From assembly GCF_044704955.1 (NCBI RefSeq), contig NC_091985.1:207204001-207268000 (forward strand): a stretch of DNA of 64,000 nucleotides, given 5' to 3'. The number at the start of each line of letters is the position of its first letter. Within the stretch, counting starts at the first letter, position 1. The position numbers were made by a program, and so were the translations under genes. This document shows, one piece after another, positions 1 to 10,900 of the stretch. This stretch comes from Pristiophorus japonicus (lineage: Eukaryota). A model generated the notes under the pieces. That model had not been told where the DNA came from, made no database searches, and was given only the letters and a program-made list of their open reading frames with translations.

Positions 1-261
1 GCTGCTCGCTGGCTTCAGGTGGTCTCGCACCAGTGTGCTCAACTCCTCAAACAACTTGCTTGCTGGTTTCTTGGGTGCCAGCAGGTTTTTCATTAAAGCA
101 TATGTTTTCGAGCCACAGCTGGTCAAGAGATGGGCTCTTCTCTTGTCTGCCTTATCATCGCCCAGCCAGTCTTTGGTCACAAAGCTTTGCTGGAGCCTTT
201 CTATAAAGTCATCCCAATTGTCTCCAGCATTGTATTTCTCATCTGAGCTGTTGGTAGCCAT
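1..261 (-). CDS. Ty3/Gypsy LTR retrotransposon gag, N-terminal part (runs off the window)
   Basis: Manual translation from the ATG at 261 gives MATNSSDEKYNAGDNWDDFIERLQQSFVTKDWLGDDKADKRRAHLLTSCGSKTYALMKNLLAPKKP..., open to position 1. It lies just downstream of an LTR and PBS. Confidence 0.8.
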   Translation of the reverse strand, partial: MATNSSDEKYNAGDNWDDFIERLQQSFVTKDWLGDDKADKRRAHLLTSCGSKTYALMKNLLAPKKPASKLFEELSTLVRDHLKPASS

Positions 262-285
262 TCTGTGGATTCTGTGATCCCGTAA

Positions 286-564
286 CTCGTCGCCACTGTT
301 AAGTCCTGACTCTAATGTACTGACTTGCACGAGACGCATGCTGAAGTCAAGGTCACTCAGGACCTGCACCTTTAATTCACAGCTCTCCAGTGCTGCACAT
401 GCCTGAGACCTCCCTTTATATACCTCAGTGGGACAGGTATGGAGTGTCTCCTGCAAGTGCACCCCTGGTGGTAAGGTATGCTTATTGTTACAGGTCATAT
501 CCAGTTACAGTCATGTATAGCATGGTAAGATACAGTTATATACAGTAATGTGAGATACATGACA
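286..564 (-). mobile_element. 5' LTR (297-564) and primer-binding site (286-295) of a Gypsy element
   Basis: On the minus strand the LTR begins TGTCATG (564) and ends ...TTAACA (297), followed by G-TGGCGACGAG, complementary to the 3' end of tRNA-Ser(GCU). It contains TATATAAA (~414-422) and ATTAAA (~371-376). Its outer end abuts an RTE fragment. Confidence 0.85.
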
Positions 565-955
565 GAGGCCACATTGTTCGCATGCCTGACACAAGACTCC
601 CAAAGCAAGCGCTCTACTCAGAACTCCTACACGGCAAGCAAGCCCAAGGTGGGCAGAGGAAACGTTACAAGGACACCCTCAAAACCTCTCTGATAAAGTG
701 CAACATCCCCACCGACACCTGGGAGTCCCTGGCCAAAGACCGCCCGAAGTTGAGGAAGTGCATCCGGGAGGGCGCTGAGCGGTCGAGTCTCATCGCCGAG
801 AGCATGCAGAAAATAAGCGCAGGCAGCGGAAAGAGCGTGCGGCAAACTTGTCCCACCCTCCCTTACCGTCAAAGACTAACTGTCCCACCTGTGACAGAGA
901 CTGTAATTCCCGTATTGGACTGTTCAGTCACCTAACAACTCACTTTCAGAGTGTG
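565..955 (+). mobile_element. RTE-clade LINE 3' fragment
   Basis: HIVRMPDTRLPKQALYSEL...YKDTLK and a C-terminal CPTCDRDC..H motif; same family as 20749-22388 and 59582-59998. Confidence 0.8.
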
Positions 956-1350
956 ATGAGAGTGTGTTAAAGGGGCGGGCCGGTGAGACTAATATCACTG
1001 TGTTTGTGTGTCCGTCTCATCCCCGGATTCCAGAGTCCCTCTTGTGTAAAATTCAAAGATTTCCCTGTCACAGGATCGCCCTGCTCCCCTGCTCAGGTCT
1101 AAAGTGGGAATTAAACGTCAAGTTTGATGTGATTTCAAATTTTAGTCGAAAAACAGAGAAAATGTCCGCGATCGGGTGAGAGAGCGCGATCAGTGCAGCA
1201 ATGAAACCGGTTTAAATCCAAATTGCTGCCTTCAATTCCGATGCAACCTTCTCGACAACAAACATCCCGGTGTTCGGGACAGAAAGAGGCCAGTCTGGGA
1301 ATCTGGAGGGCCCGGATTGAATTGGAATCGGACAGTTAATGAGGAGAGAG

Positions 1351-1423
1351 AAACACAGAGAGGCTGGAGGGGCGGGGAGCTGACAGCAGGATGTCTCCGC
1401 CCCGTCCGCTCGCTGCCTTTAAG
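1351..1423 (+). promoter_or_regulatory. H1 promoter: H1/AC box, GC box, TATA-like TTTAAG
   Basis: AAACACA at 1351-1357, GGGCGGGG at ~1370-1377 and TTTAAG at ~1418-1423, upstream of the H1 ATG. Confidence 0.6.
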
Positions 1424-1497
1424 TTGCTCTGTGCCGCCGCCTCCTGTTTCATATCTGACCGAGCTCTGACTGTCAGAGATTTTCCAGAGTCACCGAC

Positions 1498-2157
1498 ATG
1501 ACTGACACTGCAGCCGCCGAAACGGCTCCTGCTGCCGCCGAAACGGCTCCTCCTGCCGCCGCCGTTCAAACCAAGGCTCACAGTAAGAAGAAGGCGGCGG
1601 CTCCCCGCTCCAAGCCAGTCGGCCCCACGTTGGGCGAATATATCCTCAAGGTTGTGGCCGATGGCAGCGATCGCAAGGGGATGTCTCTGGCCGCGATAAA
1701 GAAGGCTCTGGCGGCCAAAGGCGTGGATGTGGAGAAGCGCAGGTCCCAGATCAGGTTCAGTATCAAGAGGAATGTGACAAATGGCTTCCTGGTGCAGACC
1801 AAGGGCACGGGCGCCTCGGGCTCCTTCAAAGTCGCTAAGAAGGAAAACCAGGGGAAAGTGGGAAGCGAGGTGAAGAAACCAGCAGTCAAGAAATCTCCAG
1901 GCAAGAAACCAGCAGCCAAGACATCTCTGACCAAGAAACCAGCAGCCAAGAAATCTCCCGCCAAGAAAACGAGCACCAAGAAGGCGCCAACAGTAAAAAA
2001 GACAGCGAAAGCTGCGGCTGGGAAGAAGGCAGCGGCGCAGAAGCCCAAGGGCCCCAAGAAGGCCTCAGGCGCAAAGGTGAAGGCGGCCAAAGAGGTGGAA
2101 AAAGCGAGGGCCAAGGCCAAATCAGCAAAACCCAAGAAAGCAGCATCCAAAAAGTAA
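1498..2157 (+). CDS. H1: Histone H1 (replication-dependent type), 219 aa
   Basis: Winged-helix globular domain (DRKGMSLAAIKKAL...LVQTKGTGASGSFK), Lys/Ala/Pro-rich tail, no introns, followed by a histone stem-loop. Confidence 0.95.
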   Translation: MTDTAAAETAPAAAETAPPAAAVQTKAHSKKKAAAPRSKPVGPTLGEYILKVVADGSDRKGMSLAAIKKALAAKGVDVEKRRSQIRFSIKRNVTNGFLVQTKGTGASGSFKVAKKENQGKVGSEVKKPAVKKSPGKKPAAKTSLTKKPAAKKSPAKKTSTKKAPTVKKTAKAAAGKKAAAQKPKGPKKASGAKVKAAKEVEKARAKAKSAKPKKAASKK

Positions 2158-2192
2158 ATAAAAAGTGCAACTTGTAAACACCTGGACCCAAT

Positions 2193-2233
2193 GGCTCTTC
2201 TCAGAGCCACCCACGCCTCTCAGAAAAGAGTTG
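2193..2233 (+). terminator. Histone 3' stem-loop and histone downstream element (HDE) of H1
   Basis: GGCTCTTCTCAGAGCC-ACCCA at 2193-2208; purine-rich AAAAGAGTTG at 2224-2233. Confidence 0.95.
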
Positions 2234-2902
2234 ATCCCCGAATCAAATGCTCCCTGTCCCGGGGCCGGGCTCAGATTTCAGACAGAAGTCATTGAACATG
2301 AAGCCAGGATCCCTTTTGACCCGCTGACATTGACTGCACCCACCCCTCCCCCAGTGTCTGCAATAAAACACACAGAGAATGGGATGTCCGGCCCGGGCCT
2401 CACTGTAACTGGGGATGTGTTCGGCTCCAGTCTCAGTTCCTGGTCATTGTTATTTCACAGATTTAGGGGGAGAGTCTGAGACGGTGATACTGGCGGAGAT
2501 ACCCCGCCTCACAACTCAAACCCCAAACACCACATTCTCCAAATCAGCTGGAATAAGGTGTTTGTAAATTGCTGAACCTGTCTGTGAGAGGAAGTGTGGG
2601 GAGATGATACAAGGTTTGAGATTGACAGGGAAGGGGCTGTATATAGGCGGGAATATTCGTGATTGTTAATTGTAACTGGACATTTAAAAGCTTCTGATTC
2701 CTGGAAGCTTTGAAGATGAATTCCGAGTCTGTAAGAGTTTGTGCGGAGCGCTGTGTTTCGGTTCTATTGTCGGAAAACGGATTGAAATTGGCGGCTGCAG
2801 AAAGCTGGAGGCGGAGCTGGAAGATCAGAGGCTGCTCTCTGCTCTGTCTGTCAATCTTAACTCTGTCTCCTCCCCTTCCCGCCTCTCTCACTCTGCGCGT
2901 TC

Positions 2903-2941
2903 TCAGTCAGATCCGCTCCGGCTCTAAAAAAAAAGAGCCGG
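2903..2941 (+). promoter_or_regulatory. H4 promoter: H4-box-like element and A-rich TATA position
   Basis: TCAGTCAGATCCG resembles the vertebrate H4 site II (TCAnnnnGGTCCG). The paralogous promoter at 32885-32915 reads TCAACCAGGTCCG...CATAAA on the minus strand. Confidence 0.6.
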
Positions 2942-2977
2942 GAGCAGCTCCGTCTTATTCAGCGGCTGTTTAAGTGA

Positions 2978-3298
<321 letters not shown>

Positions 3299-3331
3299 AT
3301 AACGCGACCCTTCCCCCAAACACAACACAAA

Positions 3332-3372
3332 GGCTCTTCTAAGAGCCACCCACCGCCTCACAGAGAGAGCAG
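3332..3372 (+). terminator. Histone stem-loop and HDE of H4
   Basis: GGCTCTTCTAAGAGCC-ACCCA at 3332-3347; AGAGAGAGCAG downstream. Confidence 0.93.
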
Positions 3373-3439
3373 CGACCTGGGGATGGGAGCGCGTACAGTT
3401 TGGTTGGGAAATGGTTTCGGCTGTTTAATTCATGGAAAG

Positions 3440-3525
3440 AAATATTTGGATTTATATAGCGCCTTTCACGACCACCGAACGTCTCAAGACCAATGAAGTA
3501 CTTTTGGAGTGTAGTCGCTGTAGGA
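3440..3525 (-). mobile_element. SINE 3' tail fragment (Deu-SINE with L2-like tail)
   Basis: TTTATATAGCGCCTTTCACGACC...CAATGAAGTACTTTTGGAGTGTAGTC is the reverse complement of the tail at 51710-51810. Confidence 0.65.
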
Positions 3526-3900
3526 ATATGGGAATTATTAAATATTTTACAACTATTGTAAATATGAGAGATCAAAAACTCCGGCTGACAGTCACAATTA
3601 CCACCGGGCGGGATACACCGTCCCCTTTACCCAAACATTACAGTCTCCCCTCACAGATAATTCCTGTCATGTTGTGAGATTCGGTTAAACGGGACTCTGG
3701 CGGGATCAATGCGGGAATTTGTGTTTACAGGAAGCAGTGACCGGGGATTTATTCCCGCCTGGTCCAGACCGATCAGGGAATGGAACAGAATTCAAACCGG
3801 AATGTTGCAGAGAGTGGGATTGGTGACTTATAATGGGGCACAATCGCCGTTATAAAGAGCGGATTCTTAAATTGCTGGCGGGAAATTAGAGTTTCTTTAA

Positions 3901-4557
<657 letters not shown>

Positions 4558-4602
4558 ACTTCCCCTGCCTCGGCTCGAAGCTTCAGCACCAAGTGCAACA
4601 AC

Positions 4603-4642
4603 GGCTCTTTTCAGAGCCACCAAATCAGCAAAGGAAAGAGCT
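4603..4642 (+). terminator. Histone stem-loop and HDE of H3
   Basis: GGCTCTTTTCAGAGCC-ACCAA at 4603-4618; GAAAGAGCT downstream. Confidence 0.93.
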
Positions 4643-5249
4643 ACGATCTCCTGTAACCAGAGCTTCGTGTTGTTCATTAACCCATTGTAGGGACGGGCAG
4701 GTATGTGGTTCCTGATTACTGATCGTGTATTTATATACCAGCTCGGTTCATATGGGAGTTATTGACTAATAACTAATGAGCCCTTTAATATTTTCAGAAA
4801 CTGACATCGGCTTTGCGTCGCTCTGACCCCAAGTTCCCCGGGGCAAAGCACAGATTTCCCCATTCGGTGTTGCCGGAGAATGGGGGCAGGCAGATCTGGG
4901 AAGCACTGCAATGGATCCGGGTCTTGTGTGTGCACATCGCTCGCTGATGCAATGCGGTCTGAACTGGCTGGCTTAGCAGAGAAATATACAGCCTGGGAAC
5001 AGAAGCAGCATTCAAATTATCTCAAACCAGACCAGAATTAAACTAGGCTCTTTGATTACTATATTAATTCATCACCGCCAACTCTCTAGTTTTCATAGAC
5101 AGACTAAAGAATATTTAAAGAACCGGTGGCGGTATTTATACAATTGTTGAGTGACAACTGTAGTTCAGTTATTCGCTGTTAACTGGAAGAGTGTATGTGT
5201 GAGCAGAGAACCGTAATGCAGAGAACGGGAACTGAAAACTCCCCCATAC

Positions 5250-5526
5250 GGATAAGGGGTAAGCCATTTGGGACTGAGATGAGGAGAAACTTCTTCACTC
5301 AAGAGTTGTTAACCTGTGGAATTCCCTACGGCAGAGTTGTTGATGCCAGTTCGTTAGATATATTCAAGAGGGAGTTCGATGTGGCCCTTGTGGCTAAAGA
5401 GATCAAGGGGTGTGGAGAGAAAGCAGGAAAAGGGTACTGAGGTGAAAGATCAGCCATGATCTTACTGAATGGTGGTGCAGGCTCGAAGGGCCGAATGGCT
5501 TACTCCTGCACCTATTTTCTATGTTT
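5250..5526 (+). mobile_element. CR1 LINE 3' end
   Basis: IRGKPFGTEMRRNFFTQ plus the tail ...CCTATTTTCTATGTT. It is absent from the paralogous spacer at ~15238. Confidence 0.85.
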
Positions 5527-5619
5527 ACAGGTCTGAAATAAGCCAATCTATCGGTACATGAATTAAAGGGCTCTGACTCAATTAAGTCAGTAAGCAGCCC
5601 TTCCACAGATACTGTGGTC

Positions 5620-5635
5620 GGCTCTGAAAAGAGCC
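5620..5635 (-). terminator. Histone stem-loop of H2A copy 1
   Basis: The minus strand reads GGCTCTTTTCAGAGCC. Confidence 0.92.
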
Positions 5636-5665
5636 TTTCGGTTATTAGATTAAATCTTGTCCGCT

Positions 5666-6046
5666 TTACTTGCTCTTGGACGAAGTGGTGGTTTTCTTGG
5701 GCAGCAGCACAGCCTGGATATTCGGCAGCACCCCGCCCTGAGCGATGGTCACCTTTCCCAGCAGCTTATTGAGCTCCTCGTCGTTGCGGATGGCCAGCTG
5801 CAGGTGTCTGGGGATGATGCGGGTCTTCTTGTTGTCGCGGGCCGCATTGCCGGCCAGCTCCAGGATTTCAGCGGTCAGATACTCGAGCACAACAGCCATG
5901 TAGACCAAAGCTCCGGCACCCACACGCTGAGAGTAGTTCCCCTTTCGCAGGAGCCTGTGAACACGGCCCACAGGGAACTGCAGTCCGGCCCGGGAGGAAC
6001 GAGCCTTGGCCCGAGCTTTACCGCCGGTTTTTCCTCTTCCAGACAT
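5666..6046 (-). CDS. H2A: Histone H2A, open but divergent (126 aa); may be an early-stage pseudogene
   Basis: [28 protein letters not shown]...LLPKK. It has an in-frame loss of KS in the N-tail, GAGAPVY>GAGALVY and AAV>AVV. The true start is 6046, not 6094. Confidence 0.85.
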   Translation of the reverse strand: MSGRGKTGGKARAKARSSRAGLQFPVGRVHRLLRKGNYSQRVGAGALVYMAVVLEYLTAEILELAGNAARDNKKTRIIPRHLQLAIRNDEELNKLLGKVTIAQGGVLPNIQAVLLPKKTTTSSKSK

Positions 6047-6867
6047 TTCCACAATCCACAGGTTCAGAAAAAGAATGCAAAACTCCTCCCTCATCTGCTC
6101 TTCTTATACATTCTGGAGGGATACAGGGAGTGAACTTGTGATTGGTCTTTTCCGATGACCAATCACCATCTGCTTAGCCTGCCACTGAAAAGAGGGCGAA
6201 AATTATTGTTCGACTTCCAACGAATCTTCAATTTCAAAAACCCCGCCCGTAATTTTTACAATGCGGATTATGTTAATAAATTCATCATTAGCCAAAGATT
6301 TCCAAACACATTTTATTCCATATTGCCTTCCAAATTCCAGGATGTTACAATCAGGATTAAATTAGGGTTCACTTTCAAACATTCTGTTACGGGACACATT
6401 CCAGCTCATTCTTTGTACAATTTGGGAATCACAGATCATGGATAATCCTCCGCACAGGCGGGAGTGAGACCAGAACTGGAAGTCCTTCTGTGAAAAGAGA
6501 AGAGGGACAGAGTGTTCCAACTGCCCCGTTCTGGTCTCTGTAAGAACTTCCATTCTGAGTTGTTGCACACGCAGGCTCCGGGTAATAAGCGGGTTGACTA
6601 ACTAGATTTTTTTTTTGAAAAAGGGCTTGAGAGAGAATGAGGTGAGTAAAGTCTAAAACAAGACCATAATTCGTCGGCAGGCGACCAGGGAGTGTTTATA
6701 TTTTACTGGGAGGGAACTTCATCAACGAAGCTAAGGCTGAACCGGACAGTAAAACCGATTATCTGAAAATTCGTATCTAAATCTACCCTGGATCTTTAAA
6801 TGTTGTCAAAAACACTTGCTCAGGAAATAATTACAGTAAATTGAGATTAAAGGATGACGCGTTTGTG

Positions 6868-6908
6868 CAGCTCTTTCAGAGAGGTTGTGGGTGGCTCTTA
6901 AAAGAGCC
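6868..6908 (-). terminator. Histone stem-loop and HDE of H2B copy 1
   Basis: Minus strand GGCTCTTTTAAGAGCC-ACCCA (6893-6908) and GAAAGAGCTG (6868-6877). Confidence 0.95.
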
Positions 6909-6938
6909 GTTGTGTTTGGGGTTTGTTTCGTCAGCGTT

Positions 6939-7316
6939 TTACTTGGAGCTGGTGTACTTGGTCACCGCCTTTGTCCCTTCCGACACGGCGTGCTTGGCCA
7001 GCTCCCCGGGCAGCAGCAGGCGCACGGCGGTCTGGATCTCCCGGGAGCTGATGGTGGATCGCTTATTATAATGGGCCAGGCGGGAAGCCTCACCCGCGAT
7101 GCGCTCGAAAATATCGTTCACAAACGAGTTCATGATGCCCATAGCCTTGGAGGAGATGCCGGTGTCGGGATGAACCTGCTTCATCACTTTGTAGATGTAG
7201 ATGGAGTAACTCTCCTTCCTCGACTTTCTGCGCCTCTTGCCGCCCTTCGGTGGCGTTTTCTTGATCACTTTCTTGGCGCCTTTCTTGGCAGTAACTGATT
7301 TCTTCTCTTCAGGCAT
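6939..7316 (-). CDS. H2B: Histone H2B, intact (125 aa)
   Basis: MPEEKK...[27 protein letters not shown]...AVTKYTSSK; ATG at 7316. Confidence 0.96.
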   Translation of the reverse strand: MPEEKKSVTAKKGAKKVIKKTPPKGGKRRRKSRKESYSIYIYKVMKQVHPDTGISSKAMGIMNSFVNDIFERIAGEASRLAHYNKRSTISSREIQTAVRLLLPGELAKHAVSEGTKAVTKYTSSK

Positions 7317-7367
7317 CGTCTTGTTCAATCCGACCCAGACATGACGTAAACTTGGCTCGGAGCTCGT

Positions 7368-7512
7368 ATTATATAGGCAGCCCCACACTCCGCCCACAGC
7401 CCTATGCTAATGAGGGATGGGTGAAGGCAACGATTGTGATTGGTGCATTCGCTGCGTTGTCAATTTCCATTGTTCTGTAATTCTCTGATTGGTCTCTTTA
7501 AATATCCAATCA
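7368..7512 (-). promoter_or_regulatory. H2B promoter: TATA, variant octamer, CCAAT boxes
   Basis: Minus-strand CTATATAA at ~7369-7376; CTCATTAGCAT (octamer variant ATTAGCAT, 7404-7411); three CCAAT/ATTGG. Conserved upstream of H2B copy 2 (17185-17330). Confidence 0.75.
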
Positions 7513-7826
7513 GATTTACTGCTCGCCACAATCTCAAATTCTTGAATTAGTTTATCAGTTACATCCCCTCCCAAGCCATACTCTGTTCTTTATCGATCGA
7601 GATATCTACATGTTCGACAGACATTGACCGGTTTGTATCCGAGATTGCCTGAGGGTCACTTCTGGTCAGGACTTGGGAGTCCTTCTGTGAGGGCAAAAGA
7701 CCCTCACTGACCTTCCGCCCTGATGCTGCCTTCCTCCCACCGTTTAATTCAACATCTTTCTTATCTGTCACTGCTGTAACTATATTAGTTGTTTGTGTTA
7801 CCTTCACTGGAATATGCTGTACCTTC

Positions 7827-7966
7827 TGTGCCGTAAACGGCCTATTTCCCTTAGCACAGGGGACATAAATTTAAAGTAATTAGCAGGTTTAGAGGGGAAA
7901 TTTCTTCACGCAGAGGGTGGGGGTCTGGAACTCACTGCCTGAATGGGTAGTCGAAGCAGAACCCCT
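7827..7966 (+). repeat. Left copy of a ~140-bp direct repeat flanking the Tx1-like element (mostly CR1 3' sequence)
   Basis: Aligns with 14330-14473 with about 11 substitutions and one 3-nt indel (manual count). Confidence 0.85.
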
Positions 7967-10900
7967 CCCCCCCCCCCCGAAGACCACCTAATAAGACTGT
8001 TATTTTGCCATCTGGGGAGTGCACCCCAGCAAAACACCCACCCAGCACTGTGAGGGGAGACCTGCCCTCACAGCTTCCCTCTTTCCCACCCCCCCTCCCT
8101 CTCTCTCTGTCACTCTCTCTGTCTCTCCCCTCTCTCCCTGAGAGCTCTTTCCTCCTAATTAAAAAATCAAGACAATGAGCAGAGGGAGCAAGGCCCCTCC
8201 CTAATCGTTAACTAGGGGAGAGGTGTGCCTCATTAAGAGCTCCCTCTGCTCCCACATTTAACGAGGCCTATTAAGACCATTAAGGCCTGTGACCTTGGGG
8301 TGAGTGTAACCCTTAAAGGGACCCCGTGATGGCAACCCCATCTATGTCGGTGGCAGGGCCAGTTAAGACTTACGCGCAGGCGGCTTCCACAGCCACTGCG
8401 CATCCAGCTGCACTGCTACCATTTAGATTAATAACTAAAAAACATGGGGTCAAGAGCTACACTCACCTCACTATGAGCATCAAGGACTGCGTGTGGGCGA
8501 TGGCTGGGGTAGTCGGCCCCTCGGCTATTGTCGTGGCCTTCAAGATGTCCAGGAAGGCTGTGTTCTTCCTGGGGTCGGAGCGGGTGGTGTCCCTGGCCCT
8601 TGAAAAGGGGGGCTCACGGTGGGTCAGACATTCCAGCCGGTGGACCCTCTCGAGGCCACCACGCAGAGGATCATTCTTTCGAATGTCCCGCCCTTTGTTC
8701 CCGCTGAGCTCCTGCTCCCCCACCTACATCAACTGGGGTCGGGGATTAACCCGATACCGCTCGGTCTCAGGGAGACCAGCCTGCATCATGTGTTCTCCTT
8801 CCAGCGCCAGCTTTTTGTCCGGCTGGCGCGGGAGGAGATGACAGAGGGCACCTTTAACGTGGTGCACGAGGGGACGTTGGACGGCGTGCGGTGCCATGCC
8901 TGTAGGGAGGTGGGGCATGTTCGTAAGAACTGCCCCACCTCCAAGGCCACCAAAACACCAAAGGCAGCCAAGGCTGGCGCCATCGCCACCCCTCCCCCTA
9001 GTAGCATCCGCGTGGATGCGCGGACATCGTTGGAGGCCTTTGTCTTCATGGCCTCCGGCGGTGAGGGAGAGCGTCCGGGTGGAAGGAAGGCATGGAGGAA
9101 GGTGAAATACCTCGAGGCGGGTCCCCTGAGCACCGGACAGCCTCATCACCGCACCCGGCCTACCTCTGTCACCTGCCCTGAGCCCGTGCCCAAGCCCTCT
9201 ACCAATACCGCAGAGGGGCTTGGGCGTGGGCAAGAAAAATAAAAGGGGGGAGTGGAGCGGGAGGCCTCGGCAGTCATTGAGGTCTCCCTGTCTCCGCGCC
9301 CCCTCCCCCAGACAAAAAAGGAGGCACCGCTCCAATGAGGTGGAGGGGGAACAATATCCCTCCACGGAGGAGTTGGTGCCTGCCACATGTCCCGCGTCCC
9401 CCACCAGCACCCCCAAACCGCGCCGTAGGTGGGGGAGAATCTGTCCCCGGGGAGAGTCAGACAGTCGAGGCTGCCCAGCCTCTGCCTCCCGGGGATGGCG
9501 AGGAAGATCTGCCTGTTGTGGGGGGCGTGGGGCCGGCGGAGGAATGCGTCGCCGCTGGGTCGGGCATCCCAGGGACTGAGGTGGGCAGGGCTGAAAAGGC
9601 CGAACCTGAGCCCGCTCAGCCAATATACAACATCTCCCGGGATCTGCTCGATCTGGCAGATAAATAAAATTTTAATAATTTTAAAGAACCGACACACACT
9701 GGGCTGGGGGGTGGCGGCGGGAATGGGGAAGAACACCAACCCTCGCCCCCAACTTTGGAGGTGGGGTACTTGGAGCAGTTCTTTGACCAGGTCTCTCCAT
9801 GTTCCCCGGTGCCTGGGGCTGAGGAGGAACCCCTTCCGCTGCTGCTTCCTGACCCAGTACCACAATTAAAATAGCCCAGTGGGGACTCGTCTGCCGACGA
9901 TCATGGTGGTGGGATCGGGGCAGAGCCAGGGCCGGATGGAGTGGCCGGGCCGTTTGTCGCACCTCGGGTGGTCGATGGACCGGCTGCTAGCGGTGAACTC
10001 CCGGAGGGGGATGGGGACTCGGTGGAGGGTGCGGGAGAAGATCTGGAGTCCATCGCCAGTGAGGTGGTGGATCTCCTCATGCCCGCTGCTGAGTCCCCCC
10101 TCATTCCTGTAAAGGAACTCCGGGACTTTATGGTCCAGAGCCAGGATCGCCACAACTGAGCCCATCTGGCCCTGGAAAAATGGTCCGAGCCGGCGCTCCT
10201 CATCAGGTCCATCTGCGCTGCCGCTAAAACCATGGCCGTGGGTGGTCCCTTATCAAAGGCGTAAAGCCTTGAGCTGCGTCGGCTCAAAACATTGCTCGCT
10301 GGGCTGCTGAGGGAGTGGAGGTCAACAAACGACTCCACTCCCCCCCCACCACAATAGGTTAAGTAGAGGTTGTCATGAAGATAACCATAGCCAGGCTCAA
10401 CATCAACGGCGGCAGAGAGGCACGCCGTAGATTTAACAATTTTTTGCTCCTGCGGGAGGGGAAATACGCGGTGTGCTTCCTGCAAGAAACCCACACCGTT
10501 CCGGGAGACGAACGTGGCTCCTGGAATGGCAAGGAGAGGTCCGCATGAGTCACCACACTGCCACTTCTTGTGGGGTGGCCATTTTGCCGCTTGCTGCACG
10601 TCACGGTTCACCTGGGGGACGTGCCGCTCCATCTCATGAATGTGTACGCACCTCAGCCCGGCCCGCAGCAAACGCGCTTCTTCGATGAAGTGTCCGCTCT
10701 TCTTGGCTCTGTCGCTGTCGGCAACTGCATTGTCCTCAGAGGGGATTTCAACTGCACCCTCGAGGTGAGGGACCGCTCCGGTGCCCCGCAGAGCATGACG
10801 GTGATCGAGAAGTTGAGGGACCTGGTCGGGTCCTTCGACTTGGTGGACGTCTGGCGAAATCGCCATCCCGACTCCAGCGCCTTTACTTGGGTGAGGCCTG

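Noticed and set aside
1578-2210. 210-aa hydrophobic antisense ORF over H1, and similar antisense ORFs over histones and LINEs
   Set aside because: These are shadows of biased codon usage on the coding strand.
7317-7397. N-terminal extensions on the H2B and H2A ORFs (also 6047-6094, 17134-17214)
   Set aside because: They use non-ATG starts inside promoter or 5' UTR sequence; canonical ATGs lie downstream.
7404-7415. ATGCTAATGAGG resembling the herpesviral OCTA+ TAATGARAT element
   Set aside because: It is adequately explained as the H2B octamer variant and lacks the GARAT ending.
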